From an uncultured Acidobacteriota bacterium (GTDB lineage Bacteria > Acidobacteriota > Vicinamibacteria > Vicinamibacterales > UBA2999): DNA of 64,000 nucleotides. The notes beneath the pieces are model-generated. The model worked only from the letters and a program-made list of their open reading frames with translations, was not told where the DNA came from and made no database searches. Position 1 is the first letter of the stretch, and each line of letters begins with the position of its first letter. The translations under genes and the position numbers were made by a program. This document shows positions 33,638-42,438 of this stretch, piece after piece. The stretch is taken from the NCBI GenBank assembly GCA_902826515.1, contig CADEFD010000003.1:968-64967 (forward strand). Direction: 5' to 3'.

Positions 33638-35551
33638 ATGTCCACCCCCGACCAGCTCTTCGACCTGCCGCGCCTGCGGCCGCGCGTCGGCGCGGCGCGC
33701 GACTCGCTCCGCCTCCTGCATGTGATCGTCGGCCGCGACCTGCATCCGGGGCCGCTCGCCGACGAGATCCACGCCGCCAGCCGCGGCGCCATCCGCGTCG
33801 AGTGTGTGGCCGGGCTCGGCCGCGCCCTCGATCACCTGCGGGCGCATCCGGCCGCGCTCGTGCTGCTGCAGGCCGACGATCTCGACGTCGGCCGCGTGGC
33901 CCTCGCGGAGCTGAAACTCGCGCAGCCGGCCCTGCCGGTGGTGCTGCTGACCGAAGCCGAAGACGACGAGGCCGCCGTGGCCGCCGTGCGGGCCGGCGCC
34001 GAAGACTGCCTGTGGCGCGGGGCCGCCAGCGGCGCCCGCATCGTGCGCGTCATGCTCTGCGCCCTCGAGCGCACGAGTCACGCCGCCACGCTGCGCACGC
34101 AGGCCGTGACCGACCCGCTCACCGGCCTCCCGAACCGCCACGCCCTCCAGAAGGCCATCGACCACGCGATCGCGATGGCCCGCCGGAAGGGTCGTGCCCT
34201 CGCCGTGCTCTTCGTGGACCTCGACGGCTTCAAGGACGTCAACGACGCGTGCGGCCACGAGACCGGCGATCGCGTCCTCCAGGAGATCGCGCGCCGCTTT
34301 GCCGGCCGCACCCGCGACATGGACACCGTGGCCCGCATCGGCGGCGACGAGTTCGTCGTCGTGATGGAGGACCTCGACGACGGCCGCTTCGCCGCGACCC
34401 TCGCCGCCAAGCTGCTCGGCGCCGCCGCCGAACCGCTGGTCGTGCAGGGGCGCGCGACCGCACTCACGGCGAGCGTCGGCATCAGCGTGTTCCCGGGCGA
34501 CGGCGATGACGCCGCGGCACTCATCCGCCACGCCGACACCGCGATGTATGCGGCCAAGGCGGCGGGGAAGAACCAGTACCGCTACTACCGCGCCCGCATG
34601 AACGAACACTCGCGGGCCCGCACCGCGCTCGACGCGGCGCTCGAGCGTGCCTTCGAGCAGGAGGAATTCGACCTGCACTACCAGCCGGTCTGGCAGGCCT
34701 CGACGAAGCGGATCTCGTCGTGCGAAGCGCTGCTGCGCTGGCGCCGGCCCGGCCACGGCGTGCTGCTGCCGGCGGCGTTCCTCGACACCGCGGACGAGGC
34801 CGGCCTGGCCGGACGGCTCGCCCAGTGGGTGCTGACGCGGGCCGCCGCGACCGCGCGGCGGATGCGCGAGGCCGGCTTCGACGTGCCGGTCTCGGTGAAC
34901 CTGTCACGTCGTCAGCTCCTCGACGGCGACATCGCGGCGTGCGTGCAGCGTCTGTTCGCCGACGGGCTCGACGACGCCGCACTCCAGATCGAGATCGCCG
35001 AATCGGTACTCGTGTCGGACGAGCCGCGGCTCCAGCAGGTGCTCGCGGAACTGGCGGCACTCGGCCTCGGCCTGGTCGTGGACGACTTCGGCAGCGGCGT
35101 CTCGTCGCTGCGCGCGCTGCGACGCGTGCGCCCCGCCAGCATCAAGATCGACGGCGCGCTCGCCCGCGAACTGCCCGAAGGGCAGGATACGGCGGCCCTC
35201 GTGAGCGCGGTCGTGGCGCTCGGCCGCACGCTCGGGGTGCACGTGGTCGCCGAAGGTGTCGAAACGGAGGCGCAGTCGCGCCAGCTGCTCGCGCTCGGCT
35301 GCGACGACCTGCAGGGCTTCTACTACGGGCACGCGCTGCCCGACGGCGAATGGATCGGCTATCTGCGCTGGGCGTGCACGGCGGTCGTCGGCACCGATGG
35401 CCGCACCCCGGCCGTGCCCGTCCTGCCCGGCGCGCGCCGCCGCCGTGGCGGCGTGACCCGTTTTCCCGGGAGCGCGGGTCTGCCGGGGATTCCCGGCGCT
35501 CCGCGCGTGTCGAAAGCCGGGCACGTGGTGTTCGGCCGCTTCAGGAGTTGA
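33638..35551 (+). CDS. Degenerate-receiver / GGDEF / EAL protein
   Basis: GGDEF intact (RDMD-TVARI-GGDEF, with an RxxD I-site). EAL motifs present: EALLRW, NLS, EIAE, DDFGSG, KID, EGVE, QG. The N-terminal REC-like fold lacks the DD pair and Lys (HVIVGRD, LVLLQADD). Confidence 0.9.
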   Translation: MSTPDQLFDLPRLRPRVGAARDSLRLLHVIVGRDLHPGPLADEIHAASRGAIRVECVAGLGRALDHLRAHPAALVLLQADDLDVGRVALAELKLAQPALPVVLLTEAEDDEAAVAAVRAGAEDCLWRGAASGARIVRVMLCALERTSHAATLRTQAVTDPLTGLPNRHALQKAIDHAIAMARRKGRALAVLFVDLDGFKDVNDACGHETGDRVLQEIARRFAGRTRDMDTVARIGGDEFVVVMEDLDDGRFAATLAAKLLGAAAEPLVVQGRATALTASVGISVFPGDGDDAAALIRHADTAMYAAKAAGKNQYRYYRARMNEHSRARTALDAALERAFEQEEFDLHYQPVWQASTKRISSCEALLRWRRPGHGVLLPAAFLDTADEAGLAGRLAQWVLTRAAATARRMREAGFDVPVSVNLSRRQLLDGDIAACVQRLFADGLDDAALQIEIAESVLVSDEPRLQQVLAELAALGLGLVVDDFGSGVSSLRALRRVRPASIKIDGALARELPEGQDTAALVSAVVALGRTLGVHVVAEGVETEAQSRQLLALGCDDLQGFYYGHALPDGEWIGYLRWACTAVVGTDGRTPAVPVLPGARRRRGGVTRFPGSAGLPGIPGAPRVSKAGHVVFGRFRS

Positions 35552-35578
35552 GCCGCCGTCGCCGCTGCGGCCCCGTCC

Positions 35579-36715
35579 ATGCGGATCCTGCATCTCACGA
35601 CGTTCCTCCAGGGCGGCGCCGGCCGCATCATCGCCGCGCTGGCCGTGGCGCAGCGTCGCTCGGGCCATGACGTGACCGTCGTCGCCGACGATGGCGGCGA
35701 GGACGGGTACGGGTCCTACCCGGAGTATCTGGCGGCCCTCGCGACGGCCGGCGTCGGCTACGCGACGGTGCGGTCGACCTTCAAGCGGGAGCTGCCCCTC
35801 GCGATGCAGGCGGCGCAGCAGCTGCGCGCGATCGCCGGTCCGTCTCCGCCCGACATCGTCCACACGCACGCATCCATCCCCACGCTCGTGGCGCGGGTCG
35901 CGTTCGGGCCGGCGCGGGTCCGGCTCGTCCAGACGATGCACGGGTGGGGTGTTCGTAAGACGCCCGACCAGGTGACCACCGACCTGTCCCTGCTGGCCGC
36001 GGCCGATGCGGTCGTGACGCCGTCGGACGCGGCGCGACGGTTCCTGCACGCCCTCGGTCTCGTCCATCCGGCCATGCATGTCATTCCCTACGGGCTGGAT
36101 CCCGCCGCGTCAACGGCGCCGGTCGATGCGGCCGACGTCGCGCGGCTGCGCCAGGTGCGCGCCGGCGGCGCCCGGGTGGCCGTGTGCCTCGGCACGATCG
36201 GCGCGCGCAAGAATCAGGCGCTCCTCGTGGCGGCGCTGACGTCGCTGCCGGAATTCGCGGCGGTCTTCATCGGCGATGGCGAGGGTGACGCACTCGAGGC
36301 GATGGCGGCGGCCCAGGGGGTCGGGGCGCGGGTGCACGTGCTGGGCTATCGCAGTGATGCCAGCCGCTACCTGCCGTACGCCGATGTGCTCGTGCTGCCG
36401 TCCCGCAACGAAGGTCTGCCCATCGCGGTGCTCGAGGCGCTGCGCGCCGGGGTGCCGGTGGTGGCGAGCGCAATTCCCGAGATTGCCGAAGCGATCGAGG
36501 ACGGGCGCACGGGCTATCTCTGCACGCCCGACGATCCCCTGGCGCTGGCCGCGGCGCTGCGCCGCAGTGTGGTGCCCGAGGTGCGCGCCTCCATGGCGGC
36601 CGCGGCGCGTGCGACCTTTGCCGCCCGCTACGAGCTGACGTCGATGACCCGGGCCTACGATCGTGTCTACCGCGGTGAGTTCGGCCCCGAGCAGGAGCGC
36701 GTCGCCGCGCGATAG
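35579..36715 (+). CDS. GT4-family glycosyltransferase
   Basis: MRILHLTTFLQGGAGRIIAALAVAQRRSGHDVTVV. LVLPSRNEGLPIAVLEALRAGVPVVASAIPEIAEAIEDGRTGYL. Confidence 0.85.
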   Translation: MRILHLTTFLQGGAGRIIAALAVAQRRSGHDVTVVADDGGEDGYGSYPEYLAALATAGVGYATVRSTFKRELPLAMQAAQQLRAIAGPSPPDIVHTHASIPTLVARVAFGPARVRLVQTMHGWGVRKTPDQVTTDLSLLAAADAVVTPSDAARRFLHALGLVHPAMHVIPYGLDPAASTAPVDAADVARLRQVRAGGARVAVCLGTIGARKNQALLVAALTSLPEFAAVFIGDGEGDALEAMAAAQGVGARVHVLGYRSDASRYLPYADVLVLPSRNEGLPIAVLEALRAGVPVVASAIPEIAEAIEDGRTGYLCTPDDPLALAAALRRSVVPEVRASMAAAARATFAARYELTSMTRAYDRVYRGEFGPEQERVAAR

Positions 36716-37539
36716 GCGGGCTCGTCGGCCAGGCACCACTCGAAGGGCGTGCCGCGCAGCGCGGCTTGCAGCTGCGCGAAGTTGGCGATCGTCTGGTCGA
36801 GCGGCAGCGACGACTGCCTGGTGAGCGTCGCCCGGTTGGTGAAGGTGTCGCCCACGCCGAACCACGCCGCGAGCTGCTGCAGCGCGCCCGGCGCCATGGC
36901 GCCCGAGCCGTCTGGAAAGAGATCCGTGTACTCCACTCGCAGAAAGCGGGCCCAGTCGAGAAACGCGCCCGCCACGCCGTTGTCCTCGAACGCCCAGTGC
37001 TCCATCGTGGCGAGCGCCTCGGCCGGCGGCACGGTCACCTGCAGGTCGGGCGGCGCCACGCCGTCACGCACGTAGTAGCGCCCGGTCGCGCGGCCCTTCA
37101 GCGTGGACAGCAGGCAGCGCAGATGGTTGTGGCGGGTGAGCTGGATGACGCCGAGGCCCCGGGCCTTGATGAGCTCGAACAGCGTCGGCGATCCGATCGA
37201 GCGCCAGACGCCGCCGATGTGGTGCGTGCTGTTGTACTTGACGTCCACGACGATGTGCCGCTTCGGCGTCAGGCCGCGCAGATACGTCAGGTAGTCGTCG
37301 AAGAGCTGGTCGTGACGGTCCGGGAACGCCCGGGTGACGTCGCCCGCGCAGTACGCTTCGAGGAACGTGAAGTAGTTGCTCGCGCGGACCCGGGGGTCGG
37401 ATGAACGCCGGTCCTCGAACTTGAACACCTCATCGAAACAGCAGATGTCGGGGTGGGTGTCGAGGACCGACCGCAGCGCGTTGGTGCCGCTGCGCTGGCG
37501 CGCCAGCAGCACGGTCACATCCGGAAAGGTCATCGCCAT
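36667..37539 (-). CDS. NodH/Stf0-like sulfotransferase-family protein
   Basis: VTVLLARQRSGTNALRSVLDTHPDI (5'-PSB-like loop) and GVIQLTRHNHLRCLLSTLKGRATGRY (3'-PB-like region). The pattern was recalled from NodH-type enzymes. Confidence 0.55.
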   Translation of the reverse strand: MAMTFPDVTVLLARQRSGTNALRSVLDTHPDICCFDEVFKFEDRRSSDPRVRASNYFTFLEAYCAGDVTRAFPDRHDQLFDDYLTYLRGLTPKRHIVVDVKYNSTHHIGGVWRSIGSPTLFELIKARGLGVIQLTRHNHLRCLLSTLKGRATGRYYVRDGVAPPDLQVTVPPAEALATMEHWAFEDNGVAGAFLDWARFLRVEYTDLFPDGSGAMAPGALQQLAAWFGVGDTFTNRATLTRQSSLPLDQTIANFAQLQAALRGTPFEWCLADEPAYRAATRSCSGPNSPR

Positions 37540-38316
37540 TTACCGGACCGCCGCGGCATCGATCTGCGCGTCGAGGGTGGCGTGCAGCGCGCTGAACGGC
37601 GCCGGCAGCGCGACGTGCCACCGGGTTGGCGCATGTTCCCATGGCCGGGCCAGCAGCGTCCGGGCCAGCGGCACGAGGGCGGTCAGGTCAGCGGGGAGAC
37701 GCACCGCGCCGATGTTCTGCTGCGGGCCGCCGGCCAGCTTTTCGAACGGCCACTCGTCGAACAGCCACTTGGCGCCCCACGCGGCATACTGCGGCGCCAG
37801 GCGCGGCAGGTCGATGTCGTGGAGGATGACCCACGACTGGCGTCGAGCCAGCACGCTCACGTGCAGCAGGTCGAGCAGCGGCCAGGGGTGATAGTGGTTG
37901 GCGTCGATGAACGTGAGGTCCACGCTCCCGGCGGGCAGCGCCTGCGAGAGCCGGCGGGCGTCGGTGTCGGTATCGAGTACCCACGTCGTGCACGGCTGCG
38001 GATACATCGTGCGCACGGCCTCGCCGGTGGCTCGCGCCGCGTCGAAATAGCAGGTCGGTGTGATATCGCACGAGCGAAGCCGCCGCGGCCGCGCACCGGC
38101 GGGCAGTGCGTCGAGGGCGTGCAGCAGGTACGCCGACGAGACCCCCGAGGCGACGCCGAGTTCGAGCATGTCCGCCGGTGCGTGGGCGGTCACCATCGCC
38201 TGCAGAAACTCAGCGTCGCCGGGCGGTATCGCACCGCGCACCCACGACGGCGCGGGCTGCACCTCGGGCCGCGGACGGCCGACGTCGTCGGCGCGGCAGG
38301 AGGCCGCGACGGTCAT
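37540..38316 (-). CDS. Class I SAM methyltransferase (Methyltransf_24/CmcI-like), stand-alone copy
   Basis: MLELGVASGVSSAYLLHAL (motif I) and VDLTFIDANHYHPWPLLDL. ATGA overlap with the upstream 1029-aa gene. The ORF-track N-terminus (to 39027) is an out-of-gene extension. Confidence 0.7.
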   Translation of the reverse strand: MTVAASCRADDVGRPRPEVQPAPSWVRGAIPPGDAEFLQAMVTAHAPADMLELGVASGVSSAYLLHALDALPAGARPRRLRSCDITPTCYFDAARATGEAVRTMYPQPCTTWVLDTDTDARRLSQALPAGSVDLTFIDANHYHPWPLLDLLHVSVLARRQSWVILHDIDLPRLAPQYAAWGAKWLFDEWPFEKLAGGPQQNIGAVRLPADLTALVPLARTLLARPWEHAPTRWHVALPAPFSALHATLDAQIDAAAVR

Positions 38317-39030
38317 GCCGTCACCAGCTCCGGCCGGGCGGTGAGCCGGGCGGAGAGCGCGTTGCGCACCGCCGCGAACGCCGCCGGCAGTTGCGTGTGT
38401 TCGATCGAAGGCGCCTGCTCCCACGGGCGCTCGAGCAGCGCCAGGGCGACCGGTATGAGGCGCGAGGGATCGGTGGGGAGCTGCACCGCGCCGATCGACG
38501 TCCAGCGGCCCACACCTTTCACCTTGTTGAACGGCCACGCCTGGAACAGCCAGCGCGGCCCGAACACCTGATGGTCCGGATGTTGTACCGGCAGGTCGAT
38601 GTCGTGCAGGATGACCCACGAGCCCGGCCTGGCGAACGCGGTGACGTGCAGCAGGTCGAGCAGCGGCCAGGGGTGTGAGTGATTGGCGTCGATGAAGGTG
38701 AGATCCGCGCCGCCCGGCGGGAGCGCTGCCGCGAGCGTACGGGCGTCGGCGGCGAAGGCCCGGTGCCACGCGGCCCGCGGCGCGGGATACATCTCGCGGC
38801 ACGCCTGTCCGGTCTCGTAAGCCTCGTTGAAGTAGCAGGTCGCGCGGACGTCGCACGAGTAGAGCGCGCGGGCCGGGCCGGCTGGCAACTGGTCGAGCGC
38901 ATACAGCAGGGCCGCTGACGAGGCCCCGGACGCCACGCCCAGTTCGACGACCGTCGAGGGCTGCAGCGCCGACACCATGTGCAGCAGGAACGCCGCGTCT
39001 TCGCCGCTGACGTACCCGGTGGCCCACGCC
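37540..39030 (-). repeat. Tandem duplication of a ~750-bp methyltransferase module
   Basis: The stand-alone MTase and the C-terminal domain of the 1029-aa protein align over ~235 aa. Shared blocks: ELGVASG.SSA.LL.ALD.LPAG, DLTFIDANH.HPWPLLDLLHV, SWVILHDIDLP, WLF..WPF, IGAVQLP/VRLP, LLERPWE/LLARPWE. DNA blocks such as GTGCAGCAGGTCGAGCAGCGGCCAGGGGTG also recur. Confidence 0.8.
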
Positions 39031-41402
39031 GGCGGCTGATACATGTCCTGCAGACCGGCGAGGTTCACGGGCACGGCACCGAAACGGTTCGTGAGGCGTG
39101 TGGCCGTGGACGGCTCAGGGCGGGGGGGAGGGTCCCGGTAGAGCAGCACGTGTTCGACTGGGACGTGCTGCAGGCGCGCGTACATCTCGTGCTCGAATTC
39201 CCGCGACGAGTAGACGACGACGTCTGCGAGGTCACGGCGGAACTCGTCGGGCGTCACACACGGCAGGCCGAGGAACGGCGCCGACGCCTGGCGGTCGATG
39301 AAGCCGCCGAGGAAGCGGCCGAGCTCCGGGCAGATCGCCAGCAGCCGGCGCGTATGTGTGCCGGTGCCATAGACGAAGACCCGAGGCTCGCTGACGTGCC
39401 AGCGTGTCACGAGCGCGTGCAGCCGCTGACGGACCGCCATGAGGTCGCGCACGTAGGGATCGCGGCCCGTGGGCGGCACCAGCCCGGCATACACGGCCAG
39501 CAGGTCATCGGGCATCGAAAAGAACTGCGCCAGCGTCGCCAGATCCGCCTGCGTCCCGGTCGACGAACCACCGGCGCGGGCCGACTTCAGCGTCCAGCCC
39601 AGGTCGAGCCCCGCGGGCCGTCGCGCATGGTACTGCCGGATCACTCCTTCGACGTCGGCATAGCCGCTTTCGAATGCGGCGGCCGGCACGGTGTAGAGCA
39701 CGGCGGGCACGACGGCCTGCGACAGGCCGCTGCAGGCGGTGGCCGCGTATGCCGGCCAGAAGGGCAGCGTGCCGTGGGTCGCCGCCGAGGCGATGGCGGC
39801 AAAGGCGCGTGGGTGGGCGGCAAAGCAGGGCCCGCCGAACGTGTTGTCACGCCAGCCGGTTTCGAGACTGGCGCCGAGCGGCGTCACACATTCGTCCGTC
39901 CCCGCCGGCGTCTCTCGCACGAAGTACGACGTCGCGATCGAGACGCCCGGCTGGGCGACGGCCGCCAAGAGACGCGCCAGCCCGCCGGGCTCCGGCTGCA
40001 CGCGCCCGTCGAGCACGATGGCCGGGGTGCTCGCGGCCGCGCCCGTCCAGTCCTCGAAGCGCAACCAGCGTCCCGCCTGCGCGGCGGCGTCGTGTCGCAC
40101 CACGCGGTCCCTGATCTCCTGGAGCCCGGCGTCGTCGCCGGCGTTCGTGACGACGACATCGAAGGCGGCGCCGGCCGCGATGCGCTGCGGCGCCGGCCGG
40201 GCCAGCAGGTCGCGCACGAAGTCGACGTGTGCCGAGTTGGCGGTCTGCACGTCGTAGCCGGACCGGTAGTCGATGGCGACGCGGCCCTCACGGCAGATGC
40301 GCCCGACGGTGGTGGCGAGCGCCAGGGCCGTCGGTTCGGCCAACAGGTGGCGGTTGGCCGCGCCGACGATCTCGGGGATGCCGCCGATGGCCGTCGACAC
40401 GAAGGGAATGCGGCGGGTGTAGAGCTCGATGACCGCGTATGGCAGGTTGTCGACCAGACTCGGGGCCACGACCAGCACGTGCGGCTGGGCCGCCAGCCAG
40501 GTCTGCGCTTCGAAGGAGCCGGCGTCGCCGATGATGGTCCAGGCGATCTCGGGAAGTGTCGCCATGTGAGCGGCGATGTAGGTGTCGCTCGGCTGGCCCT
40601 CGACGCTCGACGGCTTGCCGAGGAACGTCACGCGATCGATCTGCCCGCGCAGGGCGGGCGCGGCCAGCGCCTGGCAGAACAGGTGCAGGCCCTTGCGCGT
40701 CTCGAGCCGTCCGAAGAACACCAGGTGACGGAACGGCCCGGAATGTTCGATCGCGGTTGGCGCCTGCGCCAGCGTGGTGTCGAAACAGTACGGGATCACG
40801 GCACCCGGCTGCGCCAGCCGCCAGCGCGAGGCCGCCCAGTCAGCCATGTGCTGTGACGGAAAGATGGCGGCATCGGCCAGTCGGGCGGATTCCTTCTCGA
40901 GGAAGTCGACCGCCGCATCGGCCGGCGAGGCCGGCAGGCGTTTCATGCCCTCGTAGACCCATTGCCGCGACGAGTGCAGGGTCGTCGCCATGCGGACGCC
41001 GTCGAATGCCGCCGCCGCGTGGCGCGCCTGCAGTGCTCTGGCCCCGTGACCCAGGAACTCCTGGAAGAGCACGAGATCGAACCGGCGCGTCTGCAGCCAG
41101 GCCAGCACGGCGTCGGCCGTCTCGCTTTCGGTGCAGGCATAGCCGTCGCGCGGCGGGTGCACCACCGCGTGATCCTCGGCCCATCGCCCGAGGTCCACGT
41201 AGCGAAACGGCGCGGTGGCGGCAAAGTGTGTTTCCCAGTGGGCGGGTGTCTCGCGCTCGGTCCGTCCGGTATAGAGCACGGTGACGTCGTGCCCGGCGGT
41301 GCCCAGCGTGTGGGCCTCCCAATAGCAGGCGGTGCCGACGCCGCCGTTGGGAAACGGGCCGATGAACTCCGGCGAGACGATGCAGATGCGTGCGCGTGAC
41401 AT
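38313..41402 (-). CDS. 1029-aa multidomain enzyme: GT4 glycosyltransferase, unknown or GT-A-like middle, Rossmann-like segment, C-terminal Methyltransf_24-like domain
   Basis: N-terminal ARICIVSPEFIGPFPNGGVGTACYWEAHTLGTAGHDVTVLY plus VVAPSLVDNLPYAVIELYTRRIPFVSTAIGGIPEIV (GT4). C-terminal VVELGVASGASSAALLYAL...FIDANHSHPWPLLDL (MTase). Confidence 0.75.
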   Translation of the reverse strand: MSRARICIVSPEFIGPFPNGGVGTACYWEAHTLGTAGHDVTVLYTGRTERETPAHWETHFAATAPFRYVDLGRWAEDHAVVHPPRDGYACTESETADAVLAWLQTRRFDLVLFQEFLGHGARALQARHAAAAFDGVRMATTLHSSRQWVYEGMKRLPASPADAAVDFLEKESARLADAAIFPSQHMADWAASRWRLAQPGAVIPYCFDTTLAQAPTAIEHSGPFRHLVFFGRLETRKGLHLFCQALAAPALRGQIDRVTFLGKPSSVEGQPSDTYIAAHMATLPEIAWTIIGDAGSFEAQTWLAAQPHVLVVAPSLVDNLPYAVIELYTRRIPFVSTAIGGIPEIVGAANRHLLAEPTALALATTVGRICREGRVAIDYRSGYDVQTANSAHVDFVRDLLARPAPQRIAAGAAFDVVVTNAGDDAGLQEIRDRVVRHDAAAQAGRWLRFEDWTGAAASTPAIVLDGRVQPEPGGLARLLAAVAQPGVSIATSYFVRETPAGTDECVTPLGASLETGWRDNTFGGPCFAAHPRAFAAIASAATHGTLPFWPAYAATACSGLSQAVVPAVLYTVPAAAFESGYADVEGVIRQYHARRPAGLDLGWTLKSARAGGSSTGTQADLATLAQFFSMPDDLLAVYAGLVPPTGRDPYVRDLMAVRQRLHALVTRWHVSEPRVFVYGTGTHTRRLLAICPELGRFLGGFIDRQASAPFLGLPCVTPDEFRRDLADVVVYSSREFEHEMYARLQHVPVEHVLLYRDPPPRPEPSTATRLTNRFGAVPVNLAGLQDMYQPPAWATGYVSGEDAAFLLHMVSALQPSTVVELGVASGASSAALLYALDQLPAGPARALYSCDVRATCYFNEAYETGQACREMYPAPRAAWHRAFAADARTLAAALPPGGADLTFIDANHSHPWPLLDLLHVTAFARPGSWVILHDIDLPVQHPDHQVFGPRWLFQAWPFNKVKGVGRWTSIGAVQLPTDPSRLIPVALALLERPWEQAPSIEHTQLPAAFAAVRNALSARLTARPELVTA

Positions 41403-41408
41403 GGGGCC

Positions 41409-42275
41409 TCAGGCGCGTGCGGGCAGAGCCGGCGCGTATTTGAAGTAGTCGACCCATGCCGGGGCCGCGCTCACGGTGGCGTCGAAGATGGCCACCGCGT
41501 CGTCGACCTGCCCGAGCGACAGGCAGAGCGAGACGAGGTTGCACTGCTGGGCGGTCCATTCGCGGCCGCCGGGCTCGAATCGCTGCGCGCGCGCCGCCAG
41601 CGCGCGCAGCCGATCGGCGCCGAGATCGCGCAGGCGCGCCGGCAGTTCGCCGGGGGCCAGAGGCCGTTCCCACCGGTAGTAGGCCGTGGCCCACGGCATC
41701 GATCCCATGTAGGTGACGTGGTCGGCCAGCAGCTCCATCGTGATCGAGATCCAGGGCGTGTGCGGCCAGTGGTAGTCCTGCTGGATCACCGTGGAGACGC
41801 CCGGGATGAGGCGCGGGAAGAACTGCGCGACGAGGAAGTCGTTGGTCTCCCAGCTCTTGGCCACGTCGATGAAGAGGATCTCGATCGGCGTCGGCTCGGG
41901 CCATGGGAACGTGGCGATGTCGCCTTCGTGGACGGTCACGAACGAGGCGACGTCCGCGATCGTGCGGTCGTAGACGGGCCGCGTCGAGGCGCCTTCCGGC
42001 ACGCCATCGACGAACTGGCGCGCGAAGTGATCGGCCACGAAGATGTCGTAGGAATGGACGCGACCCGCGCGTTCGGCGACGCGCGGGTTGTCGCGCAGGC
42101 CGGTGGCCAGGGCCAGCGTCGACCCGCCCAGGAACGCGCCGCCGTCGATGATCTCGCCGCGGCCCGTGTACGAGTCGCGGGCGAGCGTGTAGAGCAGCTC
42201 GAGTTCCTGCGCGCTCAGCATCGTCCGCGCCTGGCGGACTTCGGGGGGGAGGAGTGTGGATTCGGCGGGTCTCAT
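41409..42275 (-). CDS. Methyltransferase-like (class I fold) hypothetical protein
   Basis: EIIDGGAFLGGSTLALATGL...IEILFIDVAKSWETNDFLV has the same overall layout as the Methyltransf_24-like genes downstream. Start taken at MRPAEST with a GGAG RBS. Confidence 0.4.
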   Translation of the reverse strand: MRPAESTLLPPEVRQARTMLSAQELELLYTLARDSYTGRGEIIDGGAFLGGSTLALATGLRDNPRVAERAGRVHSYDIFVADHFARQFVDGVPEGASTRPVYDRTIADVASFVTVHEGDIATFPWPEPTPIEILFIDVAKSWETNDFLVAQFFPRLIPGVSTVIQQDYHWPHTPWISITMELLADHVTYMGSMPWATAYYRWERPLAPGELPARLRDLGADRLRALAARAQRFEPGGREWTAQQCNLVSLCLSLGQVDDAVAIFDATVSAAPAWVDYFKYAPALPARA

Positions 42276-42313
42276 GGGCGCTCCGGGTGTGTGTGGATCT
42301 CGTCTGGAGCGAC

Positions 42314-42329
42314 AGCAACGGTTGTGCCA
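42314..42329 (-). promoter_or_regulatory. Candidate sigma-54 promoter for the MTase / GT-MTase / MTase / sulfotransferase operon
   Basis: Minus strand reads TGGCACAACCGTTGCT (15/16 to TGGCACG-N4-TTGCW). It lies ~40 nt upstream of ATG 42275, in the 163-nt gap after maf. Confidence 0.55.
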
Positions 42330-42438
42330 GCACTGCCGGATCGCCGACCCCGCAAGACGACGGTGTGAAACGTGCGGTGACGGCGGGCGCGGCATGTCGG
42401 CGTGCCGGCCGCGTCCGGAACACCGACACCAGGAGGTG

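Noticed and set aside
36667-36715. 49-nt convergent overlap of the GT4 and sulfotransferase 3' ends as a possible antisense regulatory feature
   Set aside because: In stop-poor high-G+C DNA, convergent ORFs often overrun each other. Neither C-terminus has been verified, so this is more likely an annotation artefact than regulation.
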